DNA from: Candidatus Pacearchaeota archaeon
Lineage (GTDB): Archaea; Nanobdellota; Nanobdellia; Pacearchaeales; GW2011-AR1
Direction: 5' to 3'
Length of the DNA: 52,204 bases
NCBI GenBank assembly: GCA_038869535.1
Contig: JAWCQY010000001.1
Location: 1-52,204, forward strand
The notes under the pieces: generated by a model
Databases searched by the model: none
The model's input: only the letters and a program-made list of their open reading frames with translations
What the model was told of the DNA's origin: nothing
In this document: positions 1-8,893 of the stretch, one piece after another
Layout of the letters: each line of letters starts with the position of its first letter
Position numbering within the stretch: the stretch's first letter is position 1
Program-made: the position numbers and the translations under genes

Positions 1-78
1 ATCATCTGTATTTGCTGATTTCCACGATACTTTTATTTTTTTACTTTCCCGGTTGTATTTAAACTTTTCTATTAACAT
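1..78 (-). CDS. hypothetical protein, truncated by left window edge (or a 28-aa ORF if the ends join)
   Basis: ATG at 78-76, six nt after AAGGAA. Open to base 1 (MLIEKFKYNRESKKIKVSWKSANTDD). Only 26 codons are visible. Confidence 0.25.
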   Translation of the reverse strand, partial: MLIEKFKYNRESKKIKVSWKSANTDD

Positions 79-113
79 TACTTATTCCTTTAATTGTTTA
101 AAATTATTTTTCT

Positions 114-1211
114 TTAACTTCTGATATAATGTTTTCCCATTTCGATATTCTGCATAAATTTCTGTTCTCTTTCTATTAGCGCTTTCAATATATTTTCTCT
201 GTCATTTCCTCCAAATGCATCAAGTCTTGATTTATTTTCTTTCTTAAATTTTCTTAGTTCACTTATATCATTTATGCATTCAATTGCTCTTATAATCTTT
301 TCAGGATTTTCCCAGTCTTCTGCAGCTAATATTACTTTTTCATTAACTATTTCTGCCTTTTCAATTTCCGAAGGAATGTCCCATTGAATTGACTTATTTT
401 CAGCCGATTGACCATTTTCTTTTGCTTCAATTCCTTTTGGAAAAGCATCATTTATACTGTGATATCCTTCTTCTATTCCTTTTAGTGTCCCGCTTATTAA
501 TAATATTTTATCAATATCCCAGCTGCTCGATTTGCCAAAATTTTTTTCGATCAATTCTTTGGCAACATTTAATCTCTCAGCTCTCTTAACTAACATATCC
601 CTTGCTTTTTCAATCCCGTTCTTCTTTATATACTCTTCTAATTTTTTGCGATACCCTTCTTTTGCTCTTCTGAGACCAGCTTCTATTACATAATTAGGCA
701 GTGCATTAAGTATTACATTCCTCATTGCTTTTGAAGTCCCTATCTGAAATACTATTTCATCATTTCTCTCTTTTTCATATATAGCATTGCCTTTCTTATT
801 TTTCAAAATCTTTTTCTTAAGTATATATGGTCTCGATAAATTGAAACCAGTTTCAAAATCAATAAAGTCCCCTATCAATACATATTTATCACCTAAATCA
901 AATGGTCTCACTTCTACTGCATTATTGCCCCAATTTCTTGCAAGTATTAACGCCCCGTTTATTCCAACACCTTCTATATACTTGTCCCCCTGCGGATATG
1001 AATAATAAAAATCTTCACCGCTTATTGCTGCCTCTTGTTCTACTCTGTTTATAATATCGGTTAATTCTCTTTTTTTAATTACCTGAACTGCAGTTTGATA
1101 TCTCGTCTTTGTCTGCACAAGTCCTTGAACCCTTAAAAGTTCAGAAGCATTTAATGAATCTTCTTTTATTTCTTCTGCTTTAATTTCCAGTGCTTCATTA
1201 TTATTGTTCAT
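114..1211 (-). CDS. putative single-strand annealing protein (RecT-like)
   Basis: 365 aa, ATG with GGAG RBS. Immediately downstream of a Cas4/RecB-like exonuclease gene (the usual phage exo + annealase pair). IGTSKAMRNVILNALP resembles the RecT C-terminal KTAIRRLxKxLP motif. Not verifiable without an HMM search. Confidence 0.5.
   Translation of the reverse strand: MNNNNEALEIKAEEIKEDSLNASELLRVQGLVQTKTRYQTAVQVIKKRELTDIINRVEQEAAISGEDFYYSYPQGDKYIEGVGINGALILARNWGNNAVEVRPFDLGDKYVLIGDFIDFETGFNLSRPYILKKKILKNKKGNAIYEKERNDEIVFQIGTSKAMRNVILNALPNYVIEAGLRRAKEGYRKKLEEYIKKNGIEKARDMLVKRAERLNVAKELIEKNFGKSSSWDIDKILLISGTLKGIEEGYHSINDAFPKGIEAKENGQSAENKSIQWDIPSEIEKAEIVNEKVILAAEDWENPEKIIRAIECINDISELRKFKKENKSRLDAFGGNDRENILKALIEREQKFMQNIEMGKHYIRS
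366..383 (+). repeat. palindromic element, half copy (TTCCGAAGGAATGTCCCA)
   Basis: 16/16 match to the left arm of the 63-mer (TTCCGAAGGAATGTCC); the trailing CA diverges. Encodes DIPSE in the RecT-like ORF. Confidence 0.6.
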
Positions 1212-1229
1212 TTTATTTCTCCTTTGGAA

Positions 1230-2006
1230 TTAATTTTTAACTGTCCCGCCGTATTTTCTTTCGCATTCTGCATAATATTTGCAGTAACGTTTTGTGCACA
1301 AAAAAGAATTCCTGTTAGGTATGAAAACTCCGTTCTTTATTGCATCTCCAACTGTTTGAAATATTCTTAAAAAATGTTCTTTGTCTATTTCAACTTTTAA
1401 ATGTCTTATTTCAGTTGTATCACGCTTTAAATAATCTATTCTTGCACCTTCGACTTTATGTCCCGCTGCTTCTTCTAATATTGCATAAGCACTTATCTGC
1501 CTTTGATAGCTGATTGGAATTTTGCCGTTAATTTCTTTTGATGTTGTTTTATGATCGATAATTTGATTGTCTGTATCATATAAATCAATTGTTCCTGCTA
1601 AACCATAATCATAATTCTTAAATTTTACTTTTATCTTTTGTTCAACTGCAGCAGGAATGATTCTCGGACTCACTTCCTTTTGATATTTCTCAATTAATTT
1701 AATCCCCTGATCTTTAATTAAACCGGGTTTCTCCTCCGCTAAATCTATTTTGTCTACATTTTCAAATTCTTTGTCAAATACTTCACTGAATATCTGCTTT
1801 GCTTCTTCAATTTCTAAATCTGTTTTTGTGATTATTTTATAAGCAAAATTTTCTTTCAGGGTTTGATGTATTGAAGTGCCGAATGCTAAATAAGATTTAT
1901 TAGGCACCGCCATTTTTTCAATCTCTTGAAAGTAATATTTTGCTCCGCATTCAAGATAAGTATTTATTCCTGTTGGTCTTAAATATGTAATTGCTTTTTC
2001 TTCCAA
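1230..2006 (-). CDS. PD-(D/E)XK exonuclease, Cas4/RecB-like with Cys cluster
   Basis: 258 aa, TTG start with GAGGG RBS. Nuclease core GTIDLYD...QIIDHKT. One N-terminal Cys (LECGAKY) plus a C-terminal C-x4-C-x5-C (CTKRYCKYYAEC), as in Cas4/AddB Fe-S nucleases. Confidence 0.7.
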   Translation of the reverse strand: MEEKAITYLRPTGINTYLECGAKYYFQEIEKMAVPNKSYLAFGTSIHQTLKENFAYKIITKTDLEIEEAKQIFSEVFDKEFENVDKIDLAEEKPGLIKDQGIKLIEKYQKEVSPRIIPAAVEQKIKVKFKNYDYGLAGTIDLYDTDNQIIDHKTTSKEINGKIPISYQRQISAYAILEEAAGHKVEGARIDYLKRDTTEIRHLKVEIDKEHFLRIFQTVGDAIKNGVFIPNRNSFLCTKRYCKYYAECERKYGGTVKN

Positions 2007-2023
2007 TTTTATCCCTCAATTAT

Positions 2024-2686
2024 CTAAACAACTGTTTCTTCAAATGTAAATTCCACACCGGGAATTGTTGACTTTGCTTCATAGTCATATTTCATTCGTT
2101 CTGCTCTAATCTTCTTTTCGTCTATCATCAAGTATTCTCTTGGTACTTTGCTTTCATCAATTACTCTAAATGTCTTTATACGTCTTGTTGTTACTTTTGA
2201 TGTATTAAGCTCAGATATTTTTTTTGTTTCGGGAATAATCTCAGGTATTATCGGCACTTCTTCTCTCCCTTCTTTAATTGCTCTTTCAAGTGCTTCTTCT
2301 TCAAGTTTCCTCCGTTCTTCTTCTGCTTTTCTTTTTGCTTCTGCTTCTGTCTTCTTCTTAAATTCAAGCACTTCTCTTTCAAGCCGCTTTAATTCATCTT
2401 CATAAAGCTCTGGTATTGACTTAAAGAATGCATCAACTTCTGCTTTTTTATCTATTAATGGCTGAACTGCTCTCTTTCTGAGATTTTCAATTTCTTTTGT
2501 TATCTTTTTATAATTAGCTATATAATTAGCTGCAATTGATACATCAGATGCTGTTATTACTGCTACATCTGAGCTTTCTGCAACTGCCTTCTCAATATTG
2601 CTTTTTAATTCAAGATATCCTTCGCTGTATTTAAATGCTGCAATTATATCAGGCAGATTTATCTCAACAGATTGCATTTCGAACAT
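2024..2686 (-). CDS. hypothetical early protein, coiled-coil
   Basis: 220 aa, ATG with GAGGGA RBS. Charged coiled-coil centre (KKTEAEAKRKAEEERRKLEEEALERA). Confidence 0.6.
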   Translation of the reverse strand: MFEMQSVEINLPDIIAAFKYSEGYLELKSNIEKAVAESSDVAVITASDVSIAANYIANYKKITKEIENLRKRAVQPLIDKKAEVDAFFKSIPELYEDELKRLEREVLEFKKKTEAEAKRKAEEERRKLEEEALERAIKEGREEVPIIPEIIPETKKISELNTSKVTTRRIKTFRVIDESKVPREYLMIDEKKIRAERMKYDYEAKSTIPGVEFTFEETVV

Positions 2687-2696
2687 ATTAATCCCT

Positions 2697-2963
2697 CTAA
2701 TTTAATTTTGTAAATAAATTTACTTTTTCAGCTGCATAAGAATTTCTTAATCGTTCAGATAATACTATAGATGTAATTATTAACCGCACTAATGCTCTTT
2801 CTTCTTCACAAAGAAGTTTATGATACTTTTCATACTCTTTTAGTCTTTTTCCGAAGGAATGTCCAAAAGGACTCCTTTTGGGAATCCATTCCTTCGGAAG
2901 GAGGATTCCCACTTCAATTATTGGTCTAATTTTAAAAAGCAAATTATGATTTGATGCTGTCAC
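2697..2963 (-). CDS. hypothetical small protein; 21 codons supplied by the palindromic element
   Basis: 88 aa, GTG start abutting the upstream stop. GILLPKEWIPKRSPFGHSFGK is encoded by repeat 2849-2911. May not be a genuine gene. Confidence 0.35.
   Translation of the reverse strand: MTASNHNLLFKIRPIIEVGILLPKEWIPKRSPFGHSFGKRLKEYEKYHKLLCEEERALVRLIITSIVLSERLRNSYAAEKVNLFTKLN
2849..2911 (+). repeat. palindromic element, full 63-nt copy
   Basis: TTCCGAAGGAATGTCCAAAAGGACTCCTTTTGGGAATCCATTCCTTCGGAAGGAGGATTCCCA. Confidence 0.95.
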
Positions 2964-3206
2964 TTACCCCCCTAATTTGTTGTATAAAAATTCAATGTAT
3001 TTAATTTGTGCATCGGTTAATTCAACATTCTTCATTATTATATTTTCTGCATCATTTATAAATCTTTCATGCCTGCCGTCAGTATCAAATAATCTTATTT
3101 CTTTTATATTCTTTTTTATATAATTCAGCTTGAACAAAATCGCTTTTTGCCTGGCATTTTTATTAAGCAAATCATAACCGCTCAGTTTTGTATTTGAATA
3201 ATCCAT
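2964..3206 (-). CDS. hypothetical early protein
   Basis: 80 aa, ATG, tightly packed in the co-oriented operon. Confidence 0.5.
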   Translation of the reverse strand: MDYSNTKLSGYDLLNKNARQKAILFKLNYIKKNIKEIRLFDTDGRHERFINDAENIIMKNVELTDAQIKYIEFLYNKLGG

Positions 3207-3575
3207 TTATTTCTCCATCTGCAGCACTTTTAAATAACTCAATTGTGTTCTTAAACTGTCTAATTGATGCGTAATCGTCCTGTTAATTCTTTCTGCTAAT
3301 TTCACAATCTTCCCTTCTAAAGCACATCGTGATTTTGCAAGATTTGTAATTACTGACGGAGATAACTGCTGCTCACTTAGTAATGCTTCCGTTTCGTCTG
3401 CATATTTTCTATCATATAAATATTGAGCTTCACTTAATAATACTGCACTCCTTGCAAGATATACATTTAAATTTGTTATCCTTTCATTTATCTCTTCACT
3501 GTTGTCTTTGTTATAATAGCATCCTGCAAAATCTATTATCTCTGATAATTCATTTTCAATTTCTTCAATCCTCAT
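3207..3575 (-). CDS. hypothetical early protein
   Basis: 122 aa, ATG. 4-nt overlap with the upstream ORF. Confidence 0.55.
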   Translation of the reverse strand: MRIEEIENELSEIIDFAGCYYNKDNSEEINERITNLNVYLARSAVLLSEAQYLYDRKYADETEALLSEQQLSPSVITNLAKSRCALEGKIVKLAERINRTITHQLDSLRTQLSYLKVLQMEK

Positions 3576-3880
3576 TTTAACAGCTCCTCATCATATATTA
3601 ATTCTTTAATATATTTTTCTAATCTCTGTCCCTTGCCGTTTCCTATCATATCCAGCAGTTCTTCAAGCATATTTTCTTTGTTATGCCAGGTGTCCATTAT
3701 TCCTTCTTTAATAGCTTCCCAAAATTCATCATCATCTAAACATTTATTAACAATATGATCTTTTGCAATTTTGTATGCTTCACTGAAAGTGAGTTCATTA
3801 ATTCTCTCTTTCCTGTCATCATAATAATCTTCAATAGTTTCGCCGTGTTCTTCCATCCATTTTTCAATTTCAATTCTCAT
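3572..3880 (-). CDS. hypothetical early protein (acidic)
   Basis: 102 aa, ATG with AGGAGGGG RBS. Confidence 0.6.
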   Translation of the reverse strand: MRIEIEKWMEEHGETIEDYYDDRKERINELTFSEAYKIAKDHIVNKCLDDDEFWEAIKEGIMDTWHNKENMLEELLDMIGNGKGQRLEKYIKELIYDEELLK

Positions 3881-3889
3881 TTTCCCCTC

Positions 3890-4087
3890 CTATACTTTTA
3901 AATTTTCATTTATTTTTTTTAGCATTATATCGCACACAACAACAGTCGTTGTGCAAACAGCAATAATTATTATTGCTGCAGTATATTCCTTATAACCAAT
4001 TAACAGCCCGCTTGTAAACGCTGTCATTACCGCAGTTGCAATCCATACATGAATTTTACTCAGTAGATATAAAGCATCCTTAATCAT
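3890..4087 (-). CDS. small membrane protein
   Basis: 65 aa with two hydrophobic helices. ATG with GGGGG RBS. Confidence 0.5.
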   Translation of the reverse strand: MIKDALYLLSKIHVWIATAVMTAFTSGLLIGYKEYTAAIIIIAVCTTTVVVCDIMLKKINENLKV

Positions 4088-4184
4088 ATTACCCCCAGAT
4101 AGTTTAGTAAAAAGTATAAGTTAATTAATACACCCAGATTGATATAGATTGTTAAAAAATTTTTAGAAAGCAAATCACAACGTC

Positions 4185-4556
4185 TCATGTCTTTTGCCTC
4201 TTAAATATTCTTGTTGCAATCTCTTCTGCTGTTTCAATTCCGTCGAAACCATCTTCTATTCTTGTAGCTCTCTTATTCTGATATTCTATTATATCATTTA
4301 GTCTGAACTTGTATTTCTTTTCTTTGTTTTTGCCTTTATAAACAACAGCTCTTAATCTTCCTGACCTAACTTCATTTTTCAAAAATTCAGATGACCTGTG
4401 CAGCAGTCTGCTTGCTTTATTTAACGATATCTCTTCAATACTTGCGGCAATCTGCTTTTCTAATAATTCATTAATCTTCTTTTCTAAACTTTCTATCTTA
4501 TCCAGTATGATTTTTTCTGCTGTTGTTATTATGATATTTTTATTTTGTATTTCCAT
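4185..4556 (-). CDS. excisionase/MerR-like HTH DNA-binding protein
   Basis: 123 aa. LNKASRLLHRSSEFLKNEVRSGRLRAVVYKG fits the excisionase-type HTH pattern. Confidence 0.5.
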   Translation of the reverse strand: MEIQNKNIIITTAEKIILDKIESLEKKINELLEKQIAASIEEISLNKASRLLHRSSEFLKNEVRSGRLRAVVYKGKNKEKKYKFRLNDIIEYQNKRATRIEDGFDGIETAEEIATRIFKRQKT

Positions 4557-4565
4557 TGCCGTTTA

Positions 4566-4650
4566 TTCCATAAGAATGTCCCAAAGGACTCCTTCTGGGA
4601 ATCCATTCCTTCGGAATGGGAATCTATTTCTTCGTAAGGAGGATTCCCAT
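4566..4650 (+). repeat. palindromic element, 85-nt mosaic copy (mostly intergenic)
   Basis: Contains the exact core at 4597-4616, plus an extra GGGAATC unit and a degenerate right end. Confidence 0.9.
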
Positions 4651-4917
4651 TAATTCTAATTCTTCTAATGCTTTTATAATTTTTTTTGCTTCATTTACTT
4701 CTCTCAACTTATAATTCAATTCATCAGCAATAATTCTCTTTGCTCTTTCTATTTTATCATCTGCATCTTTTGATGACAGCTCAACAAATGCTTTTGCTTT
4801 TGATAAAACATCAATTGGATTTTCATTCTCCTCCAGCTCGACTTCACAGCCAATTTTCTCATGTTCAAAATTTCCTAAGTTAAATAACTTGGAATATGAA
4901 ACTGTTTTTACTTTCAT
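4624..4917 (-). CDS. hypothetical early protein; last 8 codons and stop lie in repeat copy 4566-4650
   Basis: 97 aa, ATG with AAGGAGG RBS. The C-terminus MGILLTKK* is encoded by the degenerate end of the element. Confidence 0.55.
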   Translation of the reverse strand: MKVKTVSYSKLFNLGNFEHEKIGCEVELEENENPIDVLSKAKAFVELSSKDADDKIERAKRIIADELNYKLREVNEAKKIIKALEELELMGILLTKK

Positions 4918-4927
4918 ATTACCTCCT

Positions 4928-5257
4928 TTATTTTATTTTGAAATATGTAATTATTGCTTCAAGTATCCGTTCATCCCCAGTTTCATCATATATTATCTTT
5001 GCATCTTTTATCTTTAGATCATAATTCTTTCTCATCTCAATAATTGAATAAATTTGATTCTGTGATTTATATCCGCATAATTCTGCAAAAAACTTAAATG
5101 CATTCGGAATAAACTTTTTCATTTTAACTTGATACTCTCTTATTGCTGTGTCAATTGCATTTAATATTATTTTTATATTGTTTTCATCATGTATTCTTAA
5201 TGAATTCGTAATGGATTCATAATAAATTGTTTTTGGATTTTCATTTCTCATAACCAA
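4928..5257 (-). CDS. hypothetical early protein
   Basis: 109 aa. TTG at 5257, with an ATG two codons downstream (5251). Confidence 0.55.
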   Translation of the reverse strand: MVMRNENPKTIYYESITNSLRIHDENNIKIILNAIDTAIREYQVKMKKFIPNAFKFFAELCGYKSQNQIYSIIEMRKNYDLKIKDAKIIYDETGDERILEAIITYFKIK

Positions 5258-5479
5258 TTACCTATTTATCTTTGTTTTGGATTTTTGAGGAGTACTAAGA
5301 ATGTATCTGCTTAAATCTTCGTTATATATTTCTTCAAGCTTTTTAAGTAACGATGGTTTTATAGTCCCTCTTTTAATCATGATATATGCTGAAGGATTGG
5401 GTATGCTTAATATCTTTGAGAATTCATATCCATTCATTCTTTTATCCAATAAAAATTTTATGAAATCAAATCGCAGCAT
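5258..5479 (-). CDS. Cro-like HTH regulator
   Basis: 73 aa. HTH YEFSKILSIPNPSAYIMIKRGT. First gene of the leftward operon, divergent from the repressor across a 131-bp switch region. Confidence 0.6.
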   Translation of the reverse strand: MLRFDFIKFLLDKRMNGYEFSKILSIPNPSAYIMIKRGTIKPSLLKKLEEIYNEDLSRYILSTPQKSKTKINR

Positions 5480-5542
5480 TTTATATATCCTAAATTATTC
5501 TAAATTTCTCTTGTTAATATACAAAATAAAATCAAAATGTCA

Positions 5543-5555
5543 AGAGATATTTAGA
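5543..5555 (+). promoter_or_regulatory. candidate operator AGAGATATTTAGA (copy 1)
   Basis: Exact 13-mer repeated 53 bp downstream. Confidence 0.4.
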
Positions 5556-5595
5556 AATTTTTTATAATTATTTTCTTATGATTTTAGATTAATTT

Positions 5596-5608
5596 AGAGA
5601 TATTTAGA
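5596..5608 (+). promoter_or_regulatory. candidate operator AGAGATATTTAGA (copy 2)
   Basis: Exact 13-mer ending 3 nt before the repressor ATG. Confidence 0.4.
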
Positions 5609-5610
5609 TT

Positions 5611-6252
5611 ATGAATTGGCAAGAGCTTATTGAAACATTAATGAGGGAGTTTAGATTAAGTTCAATTGAGCTTGAGCAAAAGACAGGTGTATCAAATGCT
5701 GTTATTTCCCAATTAAGAACAGGTAAGACGAAAAAACCTAATCAATATACTATACGTAAAATTGAAAAAGGTCTCAATATTCGTATTGATGACTCTGATC
5801 CAGAAAATATAAAATATAAAAAAATTGAGATACCATTTGAGGGTGCAATTCCAGCTTCTGAATATCCTGTTTTAAGTGAAGTTTATGCAGGCGAGCCGGA
5901 GAAATTTGACGTGGAATTATATGACGAAAAAGAATATTTCATTTACAAATATCCGCATCATCGCTGTTTTGCTCTCAGAGTTAATGGCCGCAGCATGGAA
6001 ACAACTTTGCGTGATGGCGATGTTGTCCTGGTTGATATGGATTTAGAACCTGTAGCAGGTGATATTGTGGCTGTCAAACTCCGTAATGGCAATCAATACA
6101 TTAAACGATATTATCCAATTAATGAGTTTTTTATTAAACTGACTTCAGATAATCCAGATTATGATGTTCGTGTAATTGATACAAAAGATATTATTGCAAT
6201 TCATCCTGTTGTAGCAATTAATCTAAACATAAGAAATTCAAGAAAATTATAA
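5611..6252 (+). CDS. CI/LexA-like repressor (XRE HTH + S24 autopeptidase)
   Basis: 213 aa. N-terminal HTH IELEQKTGVSNAVISQLRTGK. C-terminal S24 signature VNGRSMETTLRDGDVVLVD ... QYIKRY (Ser/Lys dyad context). Confidence 0.85.
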   Translation: MNWQELIETLMREFRLSSIELEQKTGVSNAVISQLRTGKTKKPNQYTIRKIEKGLNIRIDDSDPENIKYKKIEIPFEGAIPASEYPVLSEVYAGEPEKFDVELYDEKEYFIYKYPHHRCFALRVNGRSMETTLRDGDVVLVDMDLEPVAGDIVAVKLRNGNQYIKRYYPINEFFIKLTSDNPDYDVRVIDTKDIIAIHPVVAINLNIRNSRKL

Positions 6253-6300
6253 TTTACTTAAATCGTAAAGCATAATTATATAAAAAGTATATTTAATATA

Positions 6301-6855
6301 ATGAGGGCTGCTTCATTTAAATATAGTTTAATTTTATTTAACTGCCTGTTAATTATTAATTTATTATTCCCCCCATACAAAATTGAAAATGAGAGGAAAT
6401 TCTTTGATTTTCTATTTAATGACGATCAAAGATATTTTTATGCTGGTTATAATAAAACCTACTTAGTAACCAATAGAAAACTTAACAAAGAAGACAGTAC
6501 ATACGCAATTAAAATCAGCAAAAAAATTCTATCTGATACAATTTACAAATACAAACAAATAAAAACTTTTCCACAATTTAATCCAAAGTATAACAAGCGT
6601 ACTAACAAAGGATTATTTGAATTAGAAAAGTTCGGATATGACCAAGAAATATTAGAAATAATTTTTAAAAAACCCCCTGAATATTACAAAAAAATTGTCG
6701 ATACAATTATTCATTATCCCCAATATAAAATCACTAAACCTGTTTATATCCAAACAACCAGAATTATGGATATAAGACAATTAATTTTTCAAATAATTAT
6801 TTCCTTCTGTACTTCTGTATTATTCTATCTAATTATTTCAATAAAAGAGGAGTAA
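6301..6855 (+). CDS. membrane protein, unknown function
   Basis: 184 aa with N- and C-terminal hydrophobic helices. Co-oriented downstream of the repressor. Confidence 0.5.
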   Translation: MRAASFKYSLILFNCLLIINLLFPPYKIENERKFFDFLFNDDQRYFYAGYNKTYLVTNRKLNKEDSTYAIKISKKILSDTIYKYKQIKTFPQFNPKYNKRTNKGLFELEKFGYDQEILEIIFKKPPEYYKKIVDTIIHYPQYKITKPVYIQTTRIMDIRQLIFQIIISFCTSVLFYLIISIKEE

Positions 6856-6859
6856 ATAA

Positions 6860-7084
6860 ATGAAAAAATTAATTTCTTTATTTGTAGTCTTATTTATTTT
6901 TAATATCTCTTACTCGCAAGAGCAAGAAGTCCTTTATAAGTATAACACTAATACTGGAAAATATCATAGACAAGAGTGCAAGTGGGCAATTAAATGCACA
7001 AAAAACTGCATTGATTTAACTTTGAAAGAAATTAAAGATAGAAAAGGTATCCCTTGTAAAGTTTGTAAACCACCAAGATATTAG
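6860..7084 (+). CDS. small secreted Cys-rich protein (Ada-type Zn-binding-like motif)
   Basis: 74 aa, GAGGAG RBS. Signal peptide MKKLISLFVVLFIFNISYS. YHRQECKW...CKVCKPP. Confidence 0.55.
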   Translation: MKKLISLFVVLFIFNISYSQEQEVLYKYNTNTGKYHRQECKWAIKCTKNCIDLTLKEIKDRKGIPCKVCKPPRY

Positions 7085-7162
7085 AAAAATTTAGTCCTTT
7101 AATTAGTAAATTGTAGATTTTTTATAGAGAATGACCATAGATTTTTCAACATTTATAATTTT

Positions 7163-7666
7163 ATGCTCATGAATACTATAACTCCATATCAAATACTGAA
7201 TGCAATTATTTCTTTCTGTTTTGATGAAGAAAAATTGCAAAATATTATACTTAGACTAAAAGAACACGCATCGGAAAATTTATTAGAAGATGAAGAAACA
7301 TATTTAACTGCTGCTTTATTAATATCAGTAATTGCGGTTCTGGAAATTGTTTATAAGGTTTTTGATGATTATAGAATATCGAGCATAATTGCCGATAATT
7401 TATTCACAACAATTGAAAAATTATACCCTTCAAAATATGATTTAATATTTTATAATTATCTCGATTACCTGAATTTATCTTTAAACAATAATGATAAGTT
7501 TGTTTCTTTTGGAAAATTCTTTTCCAATAAAATCTGGATAAATAAAGACGATAATTCCCTTCTTGTTAATCAATGTATTGTTGAGTTTACTTCATTATTA
7601 ATCCAGTTAGAAAATTTTCTTAACTCGGTTAAAGAAAATTTTATAATAGAGCAGGATGATATTTAA
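7163..7666 (+). CDS. hypothetical protein
   Basis: 167-aa ORF. No motif recognised. Confidence 0.45.
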   Translation: MLMNTITPYQILNAIISFCFDEEKLQNIILRLKEHASENLLEDEETYLTAALLISVIAVLEIVYKVFDDYRISSIIADNLFTTIEKLYPSKYDLIFYNYLDYLNLSLNNNDKFVSFGKFFSNKIWINKDDNSLLVNQCIVEFTSLLIQLENFLNSVKENFIIEQDDI

Positions 7667-8531
7667 TAGACCATCGGGCAAAAAAAATAACTGCATTGCA
7701 TATTCTGTCATTGTATTGCTTGTTTCTGCGGTCTTACCATTACCTTACATATATTATAAACTTTTGGGAATCCTCCTTCCGAAGGAATGGATTCCCAAAA
7801 GGAGTCCTTTTGGACATTCCTTCGGAATAAGATGGATTTTATTATTTGCCTCATTATACTTCTTTGCTCTCTTCCTGCATATAAATGACAAATATCTTGA
7901 AAGATGGTTGAAAATTTTTTTTGCAATATCTTTCCCAATTATTGCTGTTCTCTTTAATCCATTCAAACCGTTCCACTTTAATAAAATTCTTTGGAGTTAT
8001 ATTGATGTTTTTTCAGCTGTAATTTTCTCAATCTCAATTTTCCCACTAAAAGAAATGCAGGAAAATTATTCAGTAATCAAACTATTCAGTTGCTTAGAAG
8101 AACATGCACATTTAGAAAAAATACATGTTCCAATATTCGTTGCAGGCTTTATAATTTTATCTTTATTCATTCAGTTTATTCTGCCTGTTTCATTCAATAC
8201 ATATTTTCACCAGGAAACATTAATTAGTATACTGATTTATATAAGTCTGCGGGGTCTTATAGTCATTTATCTTTTAACAGTATTATTTGTTATCAATTAT
8301 TTTTACTTAAGAAGAAAACTAATTAATAATATCAAAAACAAAATTTTTTTAGAACAAAATGAATTATTCCATACATTATGCCGGGATCTTTATTCATTAA
8401 AAGACATAAACGATATAAAAAATTGGGAATATAACAATACTTACTGGCTTAAAAAACTAACAAAATCACAATATGATGAAATAATAAAATTAATAGATAC
8501 CAAAAGAAAACAGTTATCTGCTATAAATTAA
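7656..8531 (+). CDS. polytopic membrane protein carrying an in-frame palindromic element
   Basis: 291 aa with at least 5 hydrophobic helices. GILLPKEWIPKRSPFGHSFGI is encoded by repeat 7765-7827. Confidence 0.55.
   Translation: MIFNRPSGKKNNCIAYSVIVLLVSAVLPLPYIYYKLLGILLPKEWIPKRSPFGHSFGIRWILLFASLYFFALFLHINDKYLERWLKIFFAISFPIIAVLFNPFKPFHFNKILWSYIDVFSAVIFSISIFPLKEMQENYSVIKLFSCLEEHAHLEKIHVPIFVAGFIILSLFIQFILPVSFNTYFHQETLISILIYISLRGLIVIYLLTVLFVINYFYLRRKLINNIKNKIFLEQNELFHTLCRDLYSLKDINDIKNWEYNNTYWLKKLTKSQYDEIIKLIDTKRKQLSAIN
7765..7827 (-). repeat. palindromic element, full 63-nt copy (inverted)
   Basis: 63/63 identical to the reverse complement of 2849-2911. Confidence 0.95.
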
Positions 8532-8567
8532 CTTGTATAAAAAATTTACTTTGAGAAATTATTTATT

Positions 8568-8783
8568 ATGAGCAAACTAAAATTTCTTATCCGCAAATCA
8601 ATGTGCAAAAAAGTAAAAATTATTTATCCTGGAGATATTATTGAAGTAGACGTAAAAGCAGAAAAACATAAAGGTGAACTTGTTCTTATATTCGACAACG
8701 AACATTGCTGGATTGATTATTATTCTGATGAATTAAAAAACAAAAATGCATATCTTATTACAAAAGTGATTATGAACAGCTGA
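8568..8783 (+). CDS. hypothetical small protein
   Basis: 71-aa ORF. Confidence 0.4.
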   Translation: MSKLKFLIRKSMCKKVKIIYPGDIIEVDVKAEKHKGELVLIFDNEHCWIDYYSDELKNKNAYLITKVIMNS

Positions 8784-8893
8784 TAGTAAAGATAGTAAAT
8801 TATTATTGAATTACGATGATAAAATTTTTATACTCATTATAAAAGGGGAACCTTATTACTTTATTAATTCATTAAATAATATGGAGCTTTCTT

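Larger units (their letters stand above)
5480..5610. promoter_or_regulatory. divergent lysis/lysogeny switch region
   Basis: 131-bp AT-rich gap between divergent HTH genes. Contains repeated ATTTAGA/TCTAAAT heptamers and two 13-bp direct repeats. Confidence 0.6.

Noticed and set aside
7708-7966. Track ORFs 7708-7938(-), 7754-7966(-), 23040-23252(-), 30559-30855(+), 51337-51531(+) and 51369-51785(+) as genes
   Set aside because: They overlap better-supported genes on the opposite strand or in another frame. They reach ORF-caller length only because the stop-free repeat bridges them (peptides such as ECPKGLLLGIHSFGRRIPK and SFWESIPSEGGFPK).
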